Origin: Alphaproteobacteria bacterium
Lineage (GTDB): Bacteria > Pseudomonadota > Alphaproteobacteria > MPNO01
Direction: 5' to 3'
Length of the DNA: 64,000 bases
NCBI GenBank assembly: GCA_965248835.1
Contig: CBDFLJ010000002.1
Coordinates: 1,920,001 to 1,984,000, forward strand
Shown here: positions 22,381-34,115 of the stretch, piece by piece
Numbering within the stretch: position 1 is the stretch's first letter
How the letters are laid out: each line of letters starts with the position of its first letter
Notes under the pieces: model-generated
Seen by the model: the letters and a program-made list of their open reading frames with translations, nothing else
Database searches by the model: none
Told to the model about the DNA's origin: nothing
Position numbers and translations under genes: made by a program

Positions 22381-23658
22381 TCAGGCGTCCGGCGCGATCA
22401 CGTCGAGACCACCCAAGTAAGACCGCAGCGCCGCGGGGATGCGCACCGCGCCGTCGGCCTGCTGGCCGTTCTCCAGCACGGCGATCAGCGCGCGCCCGAC
22501 CGCGATCCCCGAGCCGTTGAGCGTATGGACGAAGGCGGTGCTCTTGTGCGCCTGGGGGCGATAGCGTGCGCGCATCCGCCGGGCCTGGAAATCGCCGCAG
22601 TTCGAGCAGCTCGAGATCTCCCGGTAGCCGCCCTGGCCGGGCAGCCAGACCTCGATGTCGTAGGTCTTTTGCGCGGCGAACCCCGTGTCACCGGTCGACA
22701 GCACGACCACACGGTAGGGCAGTTCAAGCCGCTGGAGGACCGTCTCGGCGGCGCTGGTCATTCTGTCGTGCTCTTCGCCGGAGTCCTCGGGCCGGGCGAT
22801 GCTGACCAGCTCGACTTTGGCGAATTGATGCTGGCGCAGCATGCCGCGGGTGTCGCGGCCTGCGGCACCGGCCTCGGAGCGGAAGCACTGGGTGAGCGCG
22901 ACGTAGCGAAGGGGCAGTTCGTCCTCGTCGAGGATCTTATCGGCGACCAGATTGGTCAGCGGCACCTCGGCCGTCGGGATCAGCCAGTGATCGGTCGTCG
23001 TCCGGAACAAATCGTCACCGAATTTGGGCAACTGGCCGGTGCCGATCAGCGCGGTTTCGCGGACCAGCGCCGGCGGGCTCACTTCGGTGTAGCCGAACTC
23101 CTCCCGGTGCAGATCGATCATGAAGCTGCCGAGCGCCCGTTCCAGGCGGGCAAGCGCACCGGTCAGCACGACGAACCGCGATCCCGACAGCTTCGCCGCG
23201 GCGGCGAAATCCATCTGGCGCAGCCCTTCGCCGAGCGCGACGTGGTCCCTTGCCGGGAAATCGAACGCGGGCGGTTCGCCGACATGCCTGAGCACGAGAT
23301 TCGCGGACTCGTCCTCCCCGTCCGGGACATCCTCGGCCGGCAGGTTGGGCAGATCCGACAGCGCCGCCTCGATGCCGGCATCAAGGCCGCGCCCGGCCTC
23401 CTCCAGCACCCGCATGCGGTGCTTCAGGGCAGCAACCTCGGCGACCAGTGCGACCGGGTCCGCGCCGGCCTTTCTGGCCCTGCCGATCTCCTTGGAGGCA
23501 TCGTTGCGCCTGGTCTGCAAGACTTGCAGTTCGGTCTGTGCGCCGCGCCGGTCGGCATCGAGCGCGAGGATCCGATCAGCGGCCGGCGCAACCCCGCGCC
23601 GTTTCAGCCCGAGATCGAACCGGTCGGGGTTCTGCCTGATCCAACGCAGATCGAACAA
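22381..23658 (-). CDS. serS: Serine-tRNA ligase
   Basis: [49 protein letters not shown]. Confidence 0.98.
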   Translation of the reverse strand: MFDLRWIRQNPDRFDLGLKRRGVAPAADRILALDADRRGAQTELQVLQTRRNDASKEIGRARKAGADPVALVAEVAALKHRMRVLEEAGRGLDAGIEAALSDLPNLPAEDVPDGEDESANLVLRHVGEPPAFDFPARDHVALGEGLRQMDFAAAAKLSGSRFVVLTGALARLERALGSFMIDLHREEFGYTEVSPPALVRETALIGTGQLPKFGDDLFRTTTDHWLIPTAEVPLTNLVADKILDEDELPLRYVALTQCFRSEAGAAGRDTRGMLRQHQFAKVELVSIARPEDSGEEHDRMTSAAETVLQRLELPYRVVVLSTGDTGFAAQKTYDIEVWLPGQGGYREISSCSNCGDFQARRMRARYRPQAHKSTAFVHTLNGSGIAVGRALIAVLENGQQADGAVRIPAALRSYLGGLDVIAPDA

Positions 23659-23681
23659 CGGAAACTCCGGGGGAAGGACGC

Positions 23682-24491
23682 CTAGGGAGCCGCGTCCTCG
23701 GCCGCCTGGCGCTCGGCGCGCTTACGCTCGATGATCCGCGCACCGATGATGGAGGCTTCGTACAGCAGGATGATCGGCAATGCGAGCCCGATTTGGCTGA
23801 ACACGTCGGGTGGGGTCAGGACGGCAGCGGCAACGAACACACCGACGATCGCATAGCGCCGCTTGGCGGCGAGCCCGTCGGCGGAGACGATGCCCGCGCG
23901 GGCCAACAGCATGAGCACCACCGGCAGTTCGAAGCCGATTCCGAAGGCAAAGATCAGCCGCATCACCAGCGACAGGTACTGATCGACCTTGGGCTCGACC
24001 TCGATAGCCAGATCGCCTGCATCGGCAGGCTTCTGGAAGTCGAGGAAGAATTCCCAGGCCACCGGCATGACGCCGTAATAGACCGTCGCCCCGCCGAGGC
24101 AGAACAGGATCGGCGTGGCGATCAGGAAGGGCAGGAACGCGCGGCGTTCGGTGCGGTACAGGCCGGGCGCGACGAACAGCCAGACCTGCATCGAGAGCAG
24201 CGGGAAAGCAATGAAGGCCGCAGCGAAGAACGCCACCTTGACGTAGGTAAAGAATGCCTCGTGCAGCGCGGTGAAGATCATCCGGCCGTTTTCCTTGGTC
24301 TGCAAGGCATCGGCCAGCGGCTGGACCAGGAAGGCGAAGACGTTCTCGGCCACGAAGAAGCAGGCGAAAAACAGCACGATGAACCCGATGAAGCAGTAGA
24401 TCAGCCGCTTGCGCAGCTCGACCAGATGGTCGAGCAAGGGCATCGTCTTGTCGTCGACCGGATCGTCGTCATCGATCGCGGAGTCGGCCAT
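23682..24491 (-). CDS. tatC: Twin-arginine translocase subunit TatC
   Basis: [31 protein letters not shown]. Confidence 0.97.
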   Translation of the reverse strand: MADSAIDDDDPVDDKTMPLLDHLVELRKRLIYCFIGFIVLFFACFFVAENVFAFLVQPLADALQTKENGRMIFTALHEAFFTYVKVAFFAAAFIAFPLLSMQVWLFVAPGLYRTERRAFLPFLIATPILFCLGGATVYYGVMPVAWEFFLDFQKPADAGDLAIEVEPKVDQYLSLVMRLIFAFGIGFELPVVLMLLARAGIVSADGLAAKRRYAIVGVFVAAAVLTPPDVFSQIGLALPIILLYEASIIGARIIERKRAERQAAEDAAP

Positions 24492-24493
24492 TC

Positions 24494-24937
24494 TCAGGCG
24501 CCCGGCTTGGCGGGCTCGGCGCCGTCTTCGCCCACCGCAACGCTCTCGGCCGGCTCCTCGATCCGAGAATCTTCCAGGACATCCGGATCGGCAGTTGCGC
24601 TGTCCCCGGCGCCAAGGTCATCGGCGATATCCATGTCGTACGGATCGTACACGCCGCGGATGCTGCCATCGGGATCGATCGAGTTCTCGACATCTTGCCG
24701 GACCGTATCCAGCAACCCGTCGGGGTCGAGGTCGGCCTTGAACTCTTGGGTCACTTTGTCGAGTTCGGTCTCGCGGGCCATGTCCTCGAGCCCGGACTGG
24801 AACTCGCGGGCCATGTCCCTCGCCCGCCGGATCCACATGCTCACGTTGCGGACAAGCGCCGGCAAATCCTTGGGGCCGATCACGATCAGCGCGATCACGA
24901 TTACGATCAGGAATTCCCAGCTGCCGATATCAAGCAT
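24494..24937 (-). CDS. tatB: Twin-arginine translocase subunit TatB
   Basis: MLDIGSWEFLI..ALIVIGPKDLP; lies between tatA and tatC. Confidence 0.93.
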   Translation of the reverse strand: MLDIGSWEFLIVIVIALIVIGPKDLPALVRNVSMWIRRARDMAREFQSGLEDMARETELDKVTQEFKADLDPDGLLDTVRQDVENSIDPDGSIRGVYDPYDMDIADDLGAGDSATADPDVLEDSRIEEPAESVAVGEDGAEPAKPGA

Positions 24938-25053
24938 CGGCGGGTCCGCCGGGCAATGGGCGGCCGCTCAACGCGGTGGCCGCACCGGATCGGCATCCTT
25001 CATGGAAGAACGACAGGGAAGCTGGCGGAAACATCGGCGTGCGCGCCCATCGT

Positions 25054-25287
25054 CTAGCTCTTTGCGGCTTCGTCGCCTTCCCGCGCCTCGGCCCGGATCT
25101 CCTGCGGCGGCGCTTCGGCCCCGGCCTCGACCTCGCCGCCCTTCTCGGACTCCTTGAGCCCTTTCTTGAAGGCATTGATGCCGCGCGCCGCATCTCCCAT
25201 CAAGCGGGACAGCTTCCCGCCGCCGCCGAACAGGACAAGGACCACGACGAGCACGACGATCCAATGCCAGATGCTGAACGATCCCAT
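25054..25287 (-). CDS. tatA: Twin-arginine translocase subunit TatA
   Basis: [28 protein letters not shown]. Confidence 0.95.
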   Translation of the reverse strand: MGSFSIWHWIVVLVVVLVLFGGGGKLSRLMGDAARGINAFKKGLKESEKGGEVEAGAEAPPQEIRAEAREGDEAAKS

Positions 25288-25375
25288 GGAGGGTACTCCT
25301 GCTGAATGACCCGGTCATTCTCGTCCGCGGCAATGATGGCAGAAAGCCAAAATGCCCGCAACGCCGCCGGCTCGG

Positions 25376-26475
<1,100 letters not shown>

Positions 26476-26479
<4 letters not shown>

Positions 26480-28185
26480 GCCCGGACCTCGCGCGCATCG
26501 TGCAGGTGGCGGATCGAGCGGCTCAACAGGATGACCGGCAGGATGCCCACCGCGACGATGCCGAGCGCCGGACCGGCGGCGAGCGCGAGCTGCTCGTCGG
26601 AGGCGAGCTGGTGAGCCCGGACCGCCAGGGTGTCGAAATTGAACGGCCGCAGGATCAGCGTCGCCGGCAGCTCCTTCATCACATCGACGAAGACCAGCAG
26701 GCACGCGGTGGCGAGGCTGCCCCACATCAGCGGCAAATGCACCCTCGTGAGCACGCCCAGCGGTTTCTGCCCCAGGCTGCGGGCCGCGGCATCCATGTTC
26801 GGCGTGATCCGCGCGAGCGAACTCTCCACGGTGCCGATCGAGATCGCCATGAAGCGGACCAGATAGGCGAAGACGACGCCCGCCACGGTGCCGGTGAAGA
26901 TCAATCCGGTAGACATCCCCAGCGTCTGGCGCGCCCACAGATCGACCGTGTTGTCGAAGCGCGCGGAGAACAGCAGAATCCCGACCGCGATTACCGAGCC
27001 GGGAACCGCGTAGCCCAAGCCCGCCAGCCGCGCCGAGACGACGATCTCCGGCCGGCCCGTAAGCCGGATGCTGTAGGCGAAGATCATCGCCACGGAGACT
27101 GCGATCAGCGCGGTCAGCGCGGCGAGGAAGAAGCTGTTGAAGGCGAATTCCGCGTAGCGCCAGTCCGACAGCTCAGCCGCGTTATCGGCCGCCCAGATCC
27201 CCAGCGCGACCGACGGCAGCACGAAACCGAACAGGATCGGCAGCGCGCACGCGCTCGAGGCCGCGAGGCCGCGCGCGCCGTCGAGCGTGCGGCTCGGTAG
27301 CTGGTGCATTCGGCGGGTCGTCTGATGGACCCGCCCGCCGCCGCGCGAGAGCCGTTCGACGATCAGGATCACGCAGACGAACAGCATCAGGATTGAGGAA
27401 AGCTGGGCCGCCGCCGCCGGCTCGCCGAGCCCGAACCAGGTGCGGTAGATGCCGGTCGTGAAGGTATCGACGGCGAAGAAATCGACCGTGCCGTAGTCGT
27501 TGAGCGTCTCCATCAGCACCAGCGAGAGGCCAGCGGCGATGCCGGGCCGGGCCATCGGCAGGGACACGGCGGCGAAGGTCCGCCACGGCCCGCGTCCCAG
27601 GGTCCGGCTCACCTCGACCAGACCGGCGGTCTGCTCCAGGAAGGCTGCGCGCGCAAGCATGTAGACGTAGGGATAGAGCGCCAGCGTCAACATGACCACC
27701 GCGCCGGCGAGCGAGCGAATCTCCGGGAACCAGGCGGACACGGTAGCCATCGCGAGGTCGGTCCGCAGCCATTCCTGGATCGGCCCGCCGGCATCGAGCA
27801 GCCCGGTATAGGTGTAGGCCAGCACATAGGCGGGCAAGGCGAAGGGCAGCAGCAGCGCCCATTCGTACACCTTGCGAAAGGGAAACTGCGCCATGGTGAC
27901 CAGCCAGGCGGTGCCCACACCGATGACGAACGTCGCGATCCCGACGCCGAAGATCAGGACCAGCGTGTTGCCGACATAGCGCGGCAGGACCGTGCCGGCC
28001 AGATGCTCCCAGACATCCCCGGCCGGGACGAACACGTAGGCGAGGATGATCAGGACCGGTGTCGCGATGATGCAGGCGAAGACCACCGGCAGGATCGACC
28101 AGACGTCGGCCGCCCGCCGCTTGGCTCGCACTGCACCGGCGAGGCGCGCGAACGCTGGTCCCAGGCTGGCCACGTCTTTCCCCAT
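26476..28185 (-). CDS. Fe3+ ABC transporter permease (FbpB/SfuB-like, two fused permease modules)
   Basis: LPAYVLAYTY, YPYVY.LARAAF, METLNDYG, GYAVPG.VIAVG, KELPATL.LRPFNFDTLA. Confidence 0.92.
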
Positions 28186-28330
28186 TCACACGGTCGGGCT
28201 GCACGCGCCGCACGGCGTACAGAGCATGCTCCGAACAGGCTGGACAGGTCCCGATCCGGCCCGATGGAAACATGACCAAGCCGTCAGCCCCGCACGCCGG
28301 CTCCCGCGTTCGAAAATCGCGACCGACCGT

Positions 28331-28353
28331 ATTGCAATCCATTCTTAATTGCA
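28331..28353. promoter_or_regulatory. Putative iron-responsive regulator (Fur/Irr-like) box upstream of the Fe3+ permease
   Basis: AT-rich imperfect palindrome ATTGCAATCCATTCTTAATTGCA, about 145 nt upstream of the permease start, in otherwise GC-rich DNA. Confidence 0.5.
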
Positions 28354-28397
28354 AGGTTGGGCCACACCCGAACGCGAACGCCTCGCAGCGCCTCGGC

Positions 28398-29126
28398 TCA
28401 CGGGTGCTGCGGCAGGGCCGTCCCGGTGTCAACGACCGGCCGGGGCGCGATCCCCGGCTCGATCGCCGCCTGGTCGGGTCCGGTCTCGGAGAGCCCGAGC
28501 GGCATCATGGGCGGGGGTTCGGATTCGGGGTCTGCCGTCCCGTTGGCGTGGCTTGCCTGGCGGGTGTTGTCGTCCCGGCGTTCGGGGCCCACCACCGCAC
28601 TCGCCGGTCGCGAGTCGATCAGCCCCGTGGCCTTGAGCTCGTCGAGCCCCGGCAGGTCGGCAAGGCCCGCCAGGCCGAAATGCTCGAGGAACCCCGTCGT
28701 CGTCCCCCATGTGATCGCCCGGCCGGGGCCACTGCGCCGGCCAACCGGGCGAATCCAACCGGCCTCGAGCAGAATGTCGAACGTCCCGCGGCTTGCCGCG
28801 ACGCCGCGGATTTCCTCGACCTCGCTGCGGGTCACCGGCTGGTGATAGGCAACCACGGCCAGCGTCTCGACCGCGGCGCGCGAAGGCTTGCGCGTTACCC
28901 GCCTTTCGAGACGCAGGTGGCTCGCCAGGTCCTCGGCCGTCCGAAAGGTCCAGCCGCCCGCGACACAAGCGAGTTGGATGCCCCGGTCGCGGTAATCGGC
29001 GGCGAGTTCGGCCAATCGCGCCGGGATATCGACGCCTTCGGGCAGCCGCTCAGCCAGGTCCCGCTCCGGGACCGGATTGGCGGAGGCGAACAGGATCGCC
29101 TCGATCAGACGAAGGTCATGATCCAT
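28398..29126 (-). CDS. scpB: SMC-Scp complex subunit ScpB
   Basis: LIEAILFAS, SRAAVETLAVVAYHQPVTRSEVEEIRGV, GR...PGR..TWGTT..FLEHFGL..LPGLDEL. Confidence 0.95.
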   Translation of the reverse strand: MDHDLRLIEAILFASANPVPERDLAERLPEGVDIPARLAELAADYRDRGIQLACVAGGWTFRTAEDLASHLRLERRVTRKPSRAAVETLAVVAYHQPVTRSEVEEIRGVAASRGTFDILLEAGWIRPVGRRSGPGRAITWGTTTGFLEHFGLAGLADLPGLDELKATGLIDSRPASAVVGPERRDDNTRQASHANGTADPESEPPPMMPLGLSETGPDQAAIEPGIAPRPVVDTGTALPQHP

Positions 29127-29949
29127 GTATGGACTCCCGAACTGGCGCGGGCGCGAGGTCGCGTCCGCGCACCAAAAGCGGACCGAGATGGCTCGATTGA
29201 CGCAGCTCCAGGCGCCCCGCGCGTGCAAGCTCGAGGCTCGCGGCGAAGGTGGATGCCACCGCCGAGCGGAAGACCACCCCGCCTGCCACTTCCTGAGGCA
29301 GATAGGTCAACAGGCTCTGCCATTCAATCATGCCGCCCAACATTGCGGTCAGGCGGTCCAGCGCATCGCTGATCGAATGGATATCGCTGGGCTCGATCCT
29401 CAGCACCGACTCGCTTCGGCGGCGCCGGTTCTCGCCATAGGCCGACAGCAAGTCGAACAGCGAGACCTCGAAGACCGGCTGCCGGACGACCTCGAACCCT
29501 TCCGGATCGCCGCGCGCGAACACGTCCCGGCCGAGCCGCGGGCGTGCCATAAGCCGGTTGCCGGCATCCTGCATCCCTTCCAGCCGGCGAAGCTGGAAGG
29601 TGAGCGCCTCGGCAAGCTCCGACCCGCTCGGCTCGTCGTCTTCCTCGGCCTCGACCGGCAGCAGCAGCCGCGATTTGAGATAGACCAGCCAGGCCGCCAT
29701 GACCAGATACCCGGCGGCAATCTCCAGGTTGACCCGGCGCGCCTCGACGATGAAGGCGAGGTACTGCTCGGCCAGCCGCAGGATGGAGATCCGTGTCAGA
29801 TCGACTTTCTGCTGGCGCGCCAGCGCCAGGAGAACATCGATCGGGCCCTCATAGCCGTCGAGGTCGAGCACGAAGGCGCCCTGCCCGGCCCCCTCGTCGG
29901 GATATCGTTCGGCCTCTTCCCAGTCGGCGTCGGTCTCGGTAACCGTCAC
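29116..29949 (-). CDS. scpA: Segregation and condensation protein ScpA
   Basis: LDGYEGPIDVLLALAR.QKVD, YLVMAAWL.YLKSRLLLP, STFAASLEL. Confidence 0.95.
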   Translation of the reverse strand: MTVTETDADWEEAERYPDEGAGQGAFVLDLDGYEGPIDVLLALARQQKVDLTRISILRLAEQYLAFIVEARRVNLEIAAGYLVMAAWLVYLKSRLLLPVEAEEDDEPSGSELAEALTFQLRRLEGMQDAGNRLMARPRLGRDVFARGDPEGFEVVRQPVFEVSLFDLLSAYGENRRRRSESVLRIEPSDIHSISDALDRLTAMLGGMIEWQSLLTYLPQEVAGGVVFRSAVASTFAASLELARAGRLELRQSSHLGPLLVRGRDLAPAPVRESIHGS

Positions 29950-30620
29950 TTCAGACCCGTCATTCCGGCGACGACGTCCAGCAGGAACGCCACCGGGGTG
30001 CCGATGAGCCACGGGAATACGTTGAGGTCTACCGACAACTCGCGACCCGCCCACGGCAGAACGAACAGGACGCCGATTATAGCCAACAGGCCGAATCGCT
30101 CCATCCTCGATAGCGGCTCGGCGAGTCGCCGCGGAAGCAGCCCCACCGCAACCCGTCCGCCGTCGAGCGGCGGCACGGGGATCATGTTGAATACCGCGAG
30201 AACCAGATTGATCACGATCGAGTGGCGCAGGTTGTCGAGCGTCCAGGTTTGCGCCTCGCCGGGCAGCAGCAGCGCCAGATGAATCAGCGCGGCGGAGACG
30301 AGGGCCAGAACGATGTTGATGACCGGCCCGGCCGCAGCGACCCAGACCATGTCGCGCCTCGGATTCTCAAGCCGGTTGAAATTGACCGGGACCGGCTTCG
30401 CCCAACCGAATACGAACCCTGAGGTCGCGAGCAGGATGCCGGGGACCAGAACCGTCCCCATCGGATCGATATGGCGCAGCGGGTTGAAGGTCACCCGCCC
30501 CATGCGCTTTGCCGTATCATCGCCCAGCCGCCAGGCGATGTAGCCGTGAGCGGCTTCGTGCAGGGTGATCGCGATCAGAACCGGGAACAACCACACCGAA
30601 ACCGAATAGGCGAGATCCAT
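29946..30620 (-). CDS. Site-2 protease family (M50) zinc metalloprotease
   Basis: HEAAH, GWAKPVPV, VAAAGP, FNMIPVPPLDGG. Confidence 0.93.
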   Translation of the reverse strand: MDLAYSVSVWLFPVLIAITLHEAAHGYIAWRLGDDTAKRMGRVTFNPLRHIDPMGTVLVPGILLATSGFVFGWAKPVPVNFNRLENPRRDMVWVAAAGPVINIVLALVSAALIHLALLLPGEAQTWTLDNLRHSIVINLVLAVFNMIPVPPLDGGRVAVGLLPRRLAEPLSRMERFGLLAIIGVLFVLPWAGRELSVDLNVFPWLIGTPVAFLLDVVAGMTGLK

Positions 30621-30629
30621 CGGCGCGGC

Positions 30630-31667
30630 CTAGAGGCGGGCCAGGGCGTTGTCCACCGCCCCGGCCAGGGCGCGGGCATCGGCTGCCATGGCATGGCTTG
30701 GCCGCTGCATGCCCGCGGTCAGACGCTCGGACGCCCGCGCGCTCATCGGCAGGACGCCGTCCATCGTTCGACGCATCTGATCCAGCACACCATTGCAGTG
30801 AAGTGCTACGTCGCATCCCGCATGCAAGGCGGCACGCGCGCGATCGGCCGGCGCGCCGGAGAGCGCGGCCATGCACAAATCGTCGGAGATCAGCAGACCG
30901 TCGAAGCCGATCGCACCGCGAATGACGGTCTCGATCACGACCGGCGAGACCGTCGCCGGCCGCTCGGCGTCGTAGGCACGGTAGAGCACATGCGCGGTCA
31001 TCGCCCAGGGTGCGTCGACGAGCGCGCGGAACGGCGCCAGATCGATTTCCTCCAGGCTCCGCGCCGATGCGTCGACCACCGGCAGACCGGCATGGCTGTC
31101 CACCGTGGCCCGGCCGTGGCCGGGCAAATGCTTGACGACCGGCAGGACGCCGCCGGCCAGCAGCCCGTCGCAGACCGCCCGGCCGAGCGCAGCAACGACC
31201 GCCGGGTCGGAGCCGAAGGCGCGATCGCCGATGATATCGTGGCCGCCGGCAGCCGGCACGTCGAGCAAGGGCGCGCAATCGATGGTGATCCCGAGCTCGC
31301 GCAGCTCGCAGGCGATCGAGAGCGCGTTCATTCGCGCGACCTCGACCGCCCGGTCGAGCCCGTCGCAACCGGCCAGCAGCCCGAAGGCGCGTGCCGGCGG
31401 CCGCGCGATCCAATGCGGCGGGCCGAGACGCGCCACCCGGCCGCCTTCCTGGTCGATCAGGACCGGCGCGTCGGGCCGGCCGATCGCCCCGCGCAGCGAC
31501 TCGACCAGGTCCCGGACCTGGCGCGGGTCGCCGCAGTTCCGCTTGAACAGGATGAAGCCGAGCGGATCGGCATCGGCGAAGAAGTCCAGCTCACCGTCGC
31601 TCGCGGTCAGCCCGGCGCAGCCGAAGATGACGGCGGCGGGCTTGGACCGGTCAACGCCCGACGACAA
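30630..31667 (-). CDS. nagZ: Beta-N-acetylhexosaminidase
   Basis: GFILFKRN, IDQEGGRVARL, KHLPGHGRATVDSH, SDDLCM. Confidence 0.95.
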   Translation of the reverse strand: MSSGVDRSKPAAVIFGCAGLTASDGELDFFADADPLGFILFKRNCGDPRQVRDLVESLRGAIGRPDAPVLIDQEGGRVARLGPPHWIARPPARAFGLLAGCDGLDRAVEVARMNALSIACELRELGITIDCAPLLDVPAAGGHDIIGDRAFGSDPAVVAALGRAVCDGLLAGGVLPVVKHLPGHGRATVDSHAGLPVVDASARSLEEIDLAPFRALVDAPWAMTAHVLYRAYDAERPATVSPVVIETVIRGAIGFDGLLISDDLCMAALSGAPADRARAALHAGCDVALHCNGVLDQMRRTMDGVLPMSARASERLTAGMQRPSHAMAADARALAGAVDNALARL

Positions 31668-32379
31668 TACAGCCGACTTTCCTGCTGGTCAGTTCCGAGC
31701 ACAGCTTGCGCGCGCTTGCCCGGTCTTCGAACGGCCCCGCCCGCATCCGGAAATAGACCCCCTTGGAGGGTCCGAGATCGGCGCGCTCGACCGACATGTC
31801 GAGCCCTGACAACAGGTCCCGATGCTTGCCAAGCAGCGCCTTCCAGGCCTCCTCGACCGCCGGCCGCGACCGCAGGGACGCGATCTGGACCCGATAATTC
31901 GCGCCGGTCGAGGTCTTATCGACCTCCTTCGACGGCGCCGCCGGTGGCGCCTTTGCGGGCTCGGCCGGCGCGCTGACTGAGGGCTCGGCGTGGACGATCG
32001 TCTTCGTCTTCGTCTTCGTCTTCGGCTTCGGCGGCGCGATCGGCTCCTCGCGGCCGGGCATCAGGTGTTCGACCTTTTTCTCGGCCGGGCCGGCGGCGAT
32101 GGTCTCATAGACTTCCTTGTCGCGATCGGGTACCGCCATGCCGCCGGGCGAATCCGGGCGCACCTTGTAGGCGCCTGCCTGCGGCTTGAGCACCACCGGG
32201 GCGGCACCGGCGGAATGCTCCTGGCTCTTGTTGTAGGCATAGATCAGGACCGCGCCGAAGGCGGCCAGCGCGACCACCGCGAAGCCGCCCGCCAGTGCGC
32301 GGCGGATTATCCGGTACGCGGGGCGGCGCGGCGCGCCGATCCCGGCCTCGTTCATCGCCGTGTCGGCGCTCCTTGCCAT
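31651..32379 (-). CDS. SPOR-domain cell-division protein (FtsN-like)
   Basis: N-terminal TM helix, KVRP..PGGM.VP, Pro/Lys linker, C-terminal YRVQIAS..GVYFRMRAGPF..A..LC..L....GC; lies between argS and nagZ. Confidence 0.88.
   Translation of the reverse strand: MARSADTAMNEAGIGAPRRPAYRIIRRALAGGFAVVALAAFGAVLIYAYNKSQEHSAGAAPVVLKPQAGAYKVRPDSPGGMAVPDRDKEVYETIAAGPAEKKVEHLMPGREEPIAPPKPKTKTKTKTIVHAEPSVSAPAEPAKAPPAAPSKEVDKTSTGANYRVQIASLRSRPAVEEAWKALLGKHRDLLSGLDMSVERADLGPSKGVYFRMRAGPFEDRASARKLCSELTSRKVGCIVVGR
31999..32028. repeat. In-frame 6-nt microsatellite (CGTCTT)x4 plus CGGCTT
   Basis: Encodes KPKTKTKTKT in the SPOR protein linker. Confidence 0.8.
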
Positions 32380-34115
32380 CAGCGCATCTCCTCGACCGGG
32401 GCGACCCCCATGATCTCGAGCCCCGATTCAATAACGATCGCCGTCGCCCGCACCAGCGCCAATCTCGCCTCGGTGATCTTGCGGTCCTCGGCGATCAGGA
32501 ACCGGCGCCGCCCGTCCACGTTGCCCTTGTTCCACAGCCCGTGGAAGGACGCGGCGATGTCCGACAGGCAATAGGCGATCCGATGCGGCTCGAAGGTTTC
32601 GGCCGCGGTCTCGACCACGCGCGGCCAGCCGGCCAGGATCCTGACCAGCGCCATCTCGTCCTTGTCCTCCAGGACATCCAGCGCGGCTTTGGCCAGCGCG
32701 GCATCCGAAAGGTCTGCCCCGGGGAACGCTTCGGCCGCGTTGCGCAACACCGAACAGGCGCGCGCATGGGCGTACTGGACGTAAAAGACCGGGTTGTCCT
32801 TCGACTGTTCGACGGCCTGCGCCAGATCGAAGTCCAGGGCGGCTTCGTTGCTTCTGGTCAACATGATGAACCGGACCACATCCCTGCCGACACGCTCGAC
32901 CACCTCGCGCAGGGTGACGAACGTCCCGGCTCGTTTGGACATTTTGACCGGCTCGCCTGCCTCGGAAAGATTGACGAGATTGCAGATCATCACATCGAGC
33001 CGCGCGGTGCCTTCGCCGAGAGCCTCGACGGCGGCCTGCATGCGCTTGACGTAGCCCTTGTGGTCGGCCCCCCAGACATCGATCAGGATGGGAAACCCGC
33101 GCGCGATCTTGTCCTTGTGGTAGGCGATGTCGCCGGCGAAATAGGTCCAGGCGCCGTCCGACTTGCGGATCGCACGGTCGACGTCATCCCCGAAGGCGGT
33201 GGACCGGAACAGGGTCTGCGGGCGCGGTTCCCAGTCTTCGGGCGTCTTGCCCTTGGGCGGTTCGAGGACACCGACATGGATCAGGCCGCGCGCCTGGAGG
33301 TCGCCCAGTGCGTCGTCCACCGCGCCCGAGGCGGCGAGCGTGCGCTCGGAGGTGAAGACGTCATGGACGATGCCGATCGCGGCAAGGTCGTCCTTGATCA
33401 ATCGCATCATTTGATCGACAGCGAACAGGCTCAGCGCCAGCAGCCATTCGGCCTCCGGTACGGCGAGCCAGCGCTTGCCGTCGCGTTCCAGGAGCGCGTT
33501 TGCGGTCTCGATCAGGTAGGCGCCGGGATAGAGCCCCTCGGCAAGCGGGCTCGCGGGCTCGCCGGCGGCCTCGCGATAGCGGTGGTGGAGCGAGCGCGCA
33601 AGGGCTTCGATCTGCGCACCGGCATCGTTGACGTAGTATTCGCGGGTAACGGTGAAGCCGACCTTGGCCAACAGCGCCGCCAGGGCATCGCCGACGACCG
33701 CGCCGCGGCCGTGGCCGACATGCATCGGTCCGGTCGGATTGGCCGAGACATACTCGATGTTCACCCGTCGGCCCTCGCCGATCCGGGACTCGCCGTAGCA
33801 TGTTCCCGAGCGCAGAATGTCGGCCAGTCGGTCGCGCCAGAACGCGGCGCGCAACCGCAAATTGACGAACCCGGGCCCGGCGACGCTGGCTTCGAGCACC
33901 TCGGGAAGACCGGCCAGCGCGGTGCTCAATACCTCGGAGACCTCGCGCGGCTTCCGGCCGATGTCCTTGGCGTGAACCAACGCCGCATTGGTCGAGATCT
34001 CGCCGTGGCCGGGATCGCGCGGCGGTTCGACCGAGAAGCGAGCGCCGCCCGGCGGCGCACCCATCTTCTCGATCTCTACACGAATGATATCCTTGAACGT
34101 ATTGAAAACATTCAT
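32379..34115 (-). CDS. argS: Arginine-tRNA ligase
   Basis: EYVSANPTGPMHVGHGR, EYYVNDAG.Q, WGADHKGY, KMSKRAG, NPVFYVQYAHAR. Confidence 0.98.
   Translation of the reverse strand: MNVFNTFKDIIRVEIEKMGAPPGGARFSVEPPRDPGHGEISTNAALVHAKDIGRKPREVSEVLSTALAGLPEVLEASVAGPGFVNLRLRAAFWRDRLADILRSGTCYGESRIGEGRRVNIEYVSANPTGPMHVGHGRGAVVGDALAALLAKVGFTVTREYYVNDAGAQIEALARSLHHRYREAAGEPASPLAEGLYPGAYLIETANALLERDGKRWLAVPEAEWLLALSLFAVDQMMRLIKDDLAAIGIVHDVFTSERTLAASGAVDDALGDLQARGLIHVGVLEPPKGKTPEDWEPRPQTLFRSTAFGDDVDRAIRKSDGAWTYFAGDIAYHKDKIARGFPILIDVWGADHKGYVKRMQAAVEALGEGTARLDVMICNLVNLSEAGEPVKMSKRAGTFVTLREVVERVGRDVVRFIMLTRSNEAALDFDLAQAVEQSKDNPVFYVQYAHARACSVLRNAAEAFPGADLSDAALAKAALDVLEDKDEMALVRILAGWPRVVETAAETFEPHRIAYCLSDIAASFHGLWNKGNVDGRRRFLIAEDRKITEARLALVRATAIVIESGLEIMGVAPVEEMR

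Noticed and set aside
31999-32028. (CGTCTT)n microsatellite as a phase-variation switch
   Set aside because: The unit length of 6 keeps the frame, so it only varies a disordered linker.
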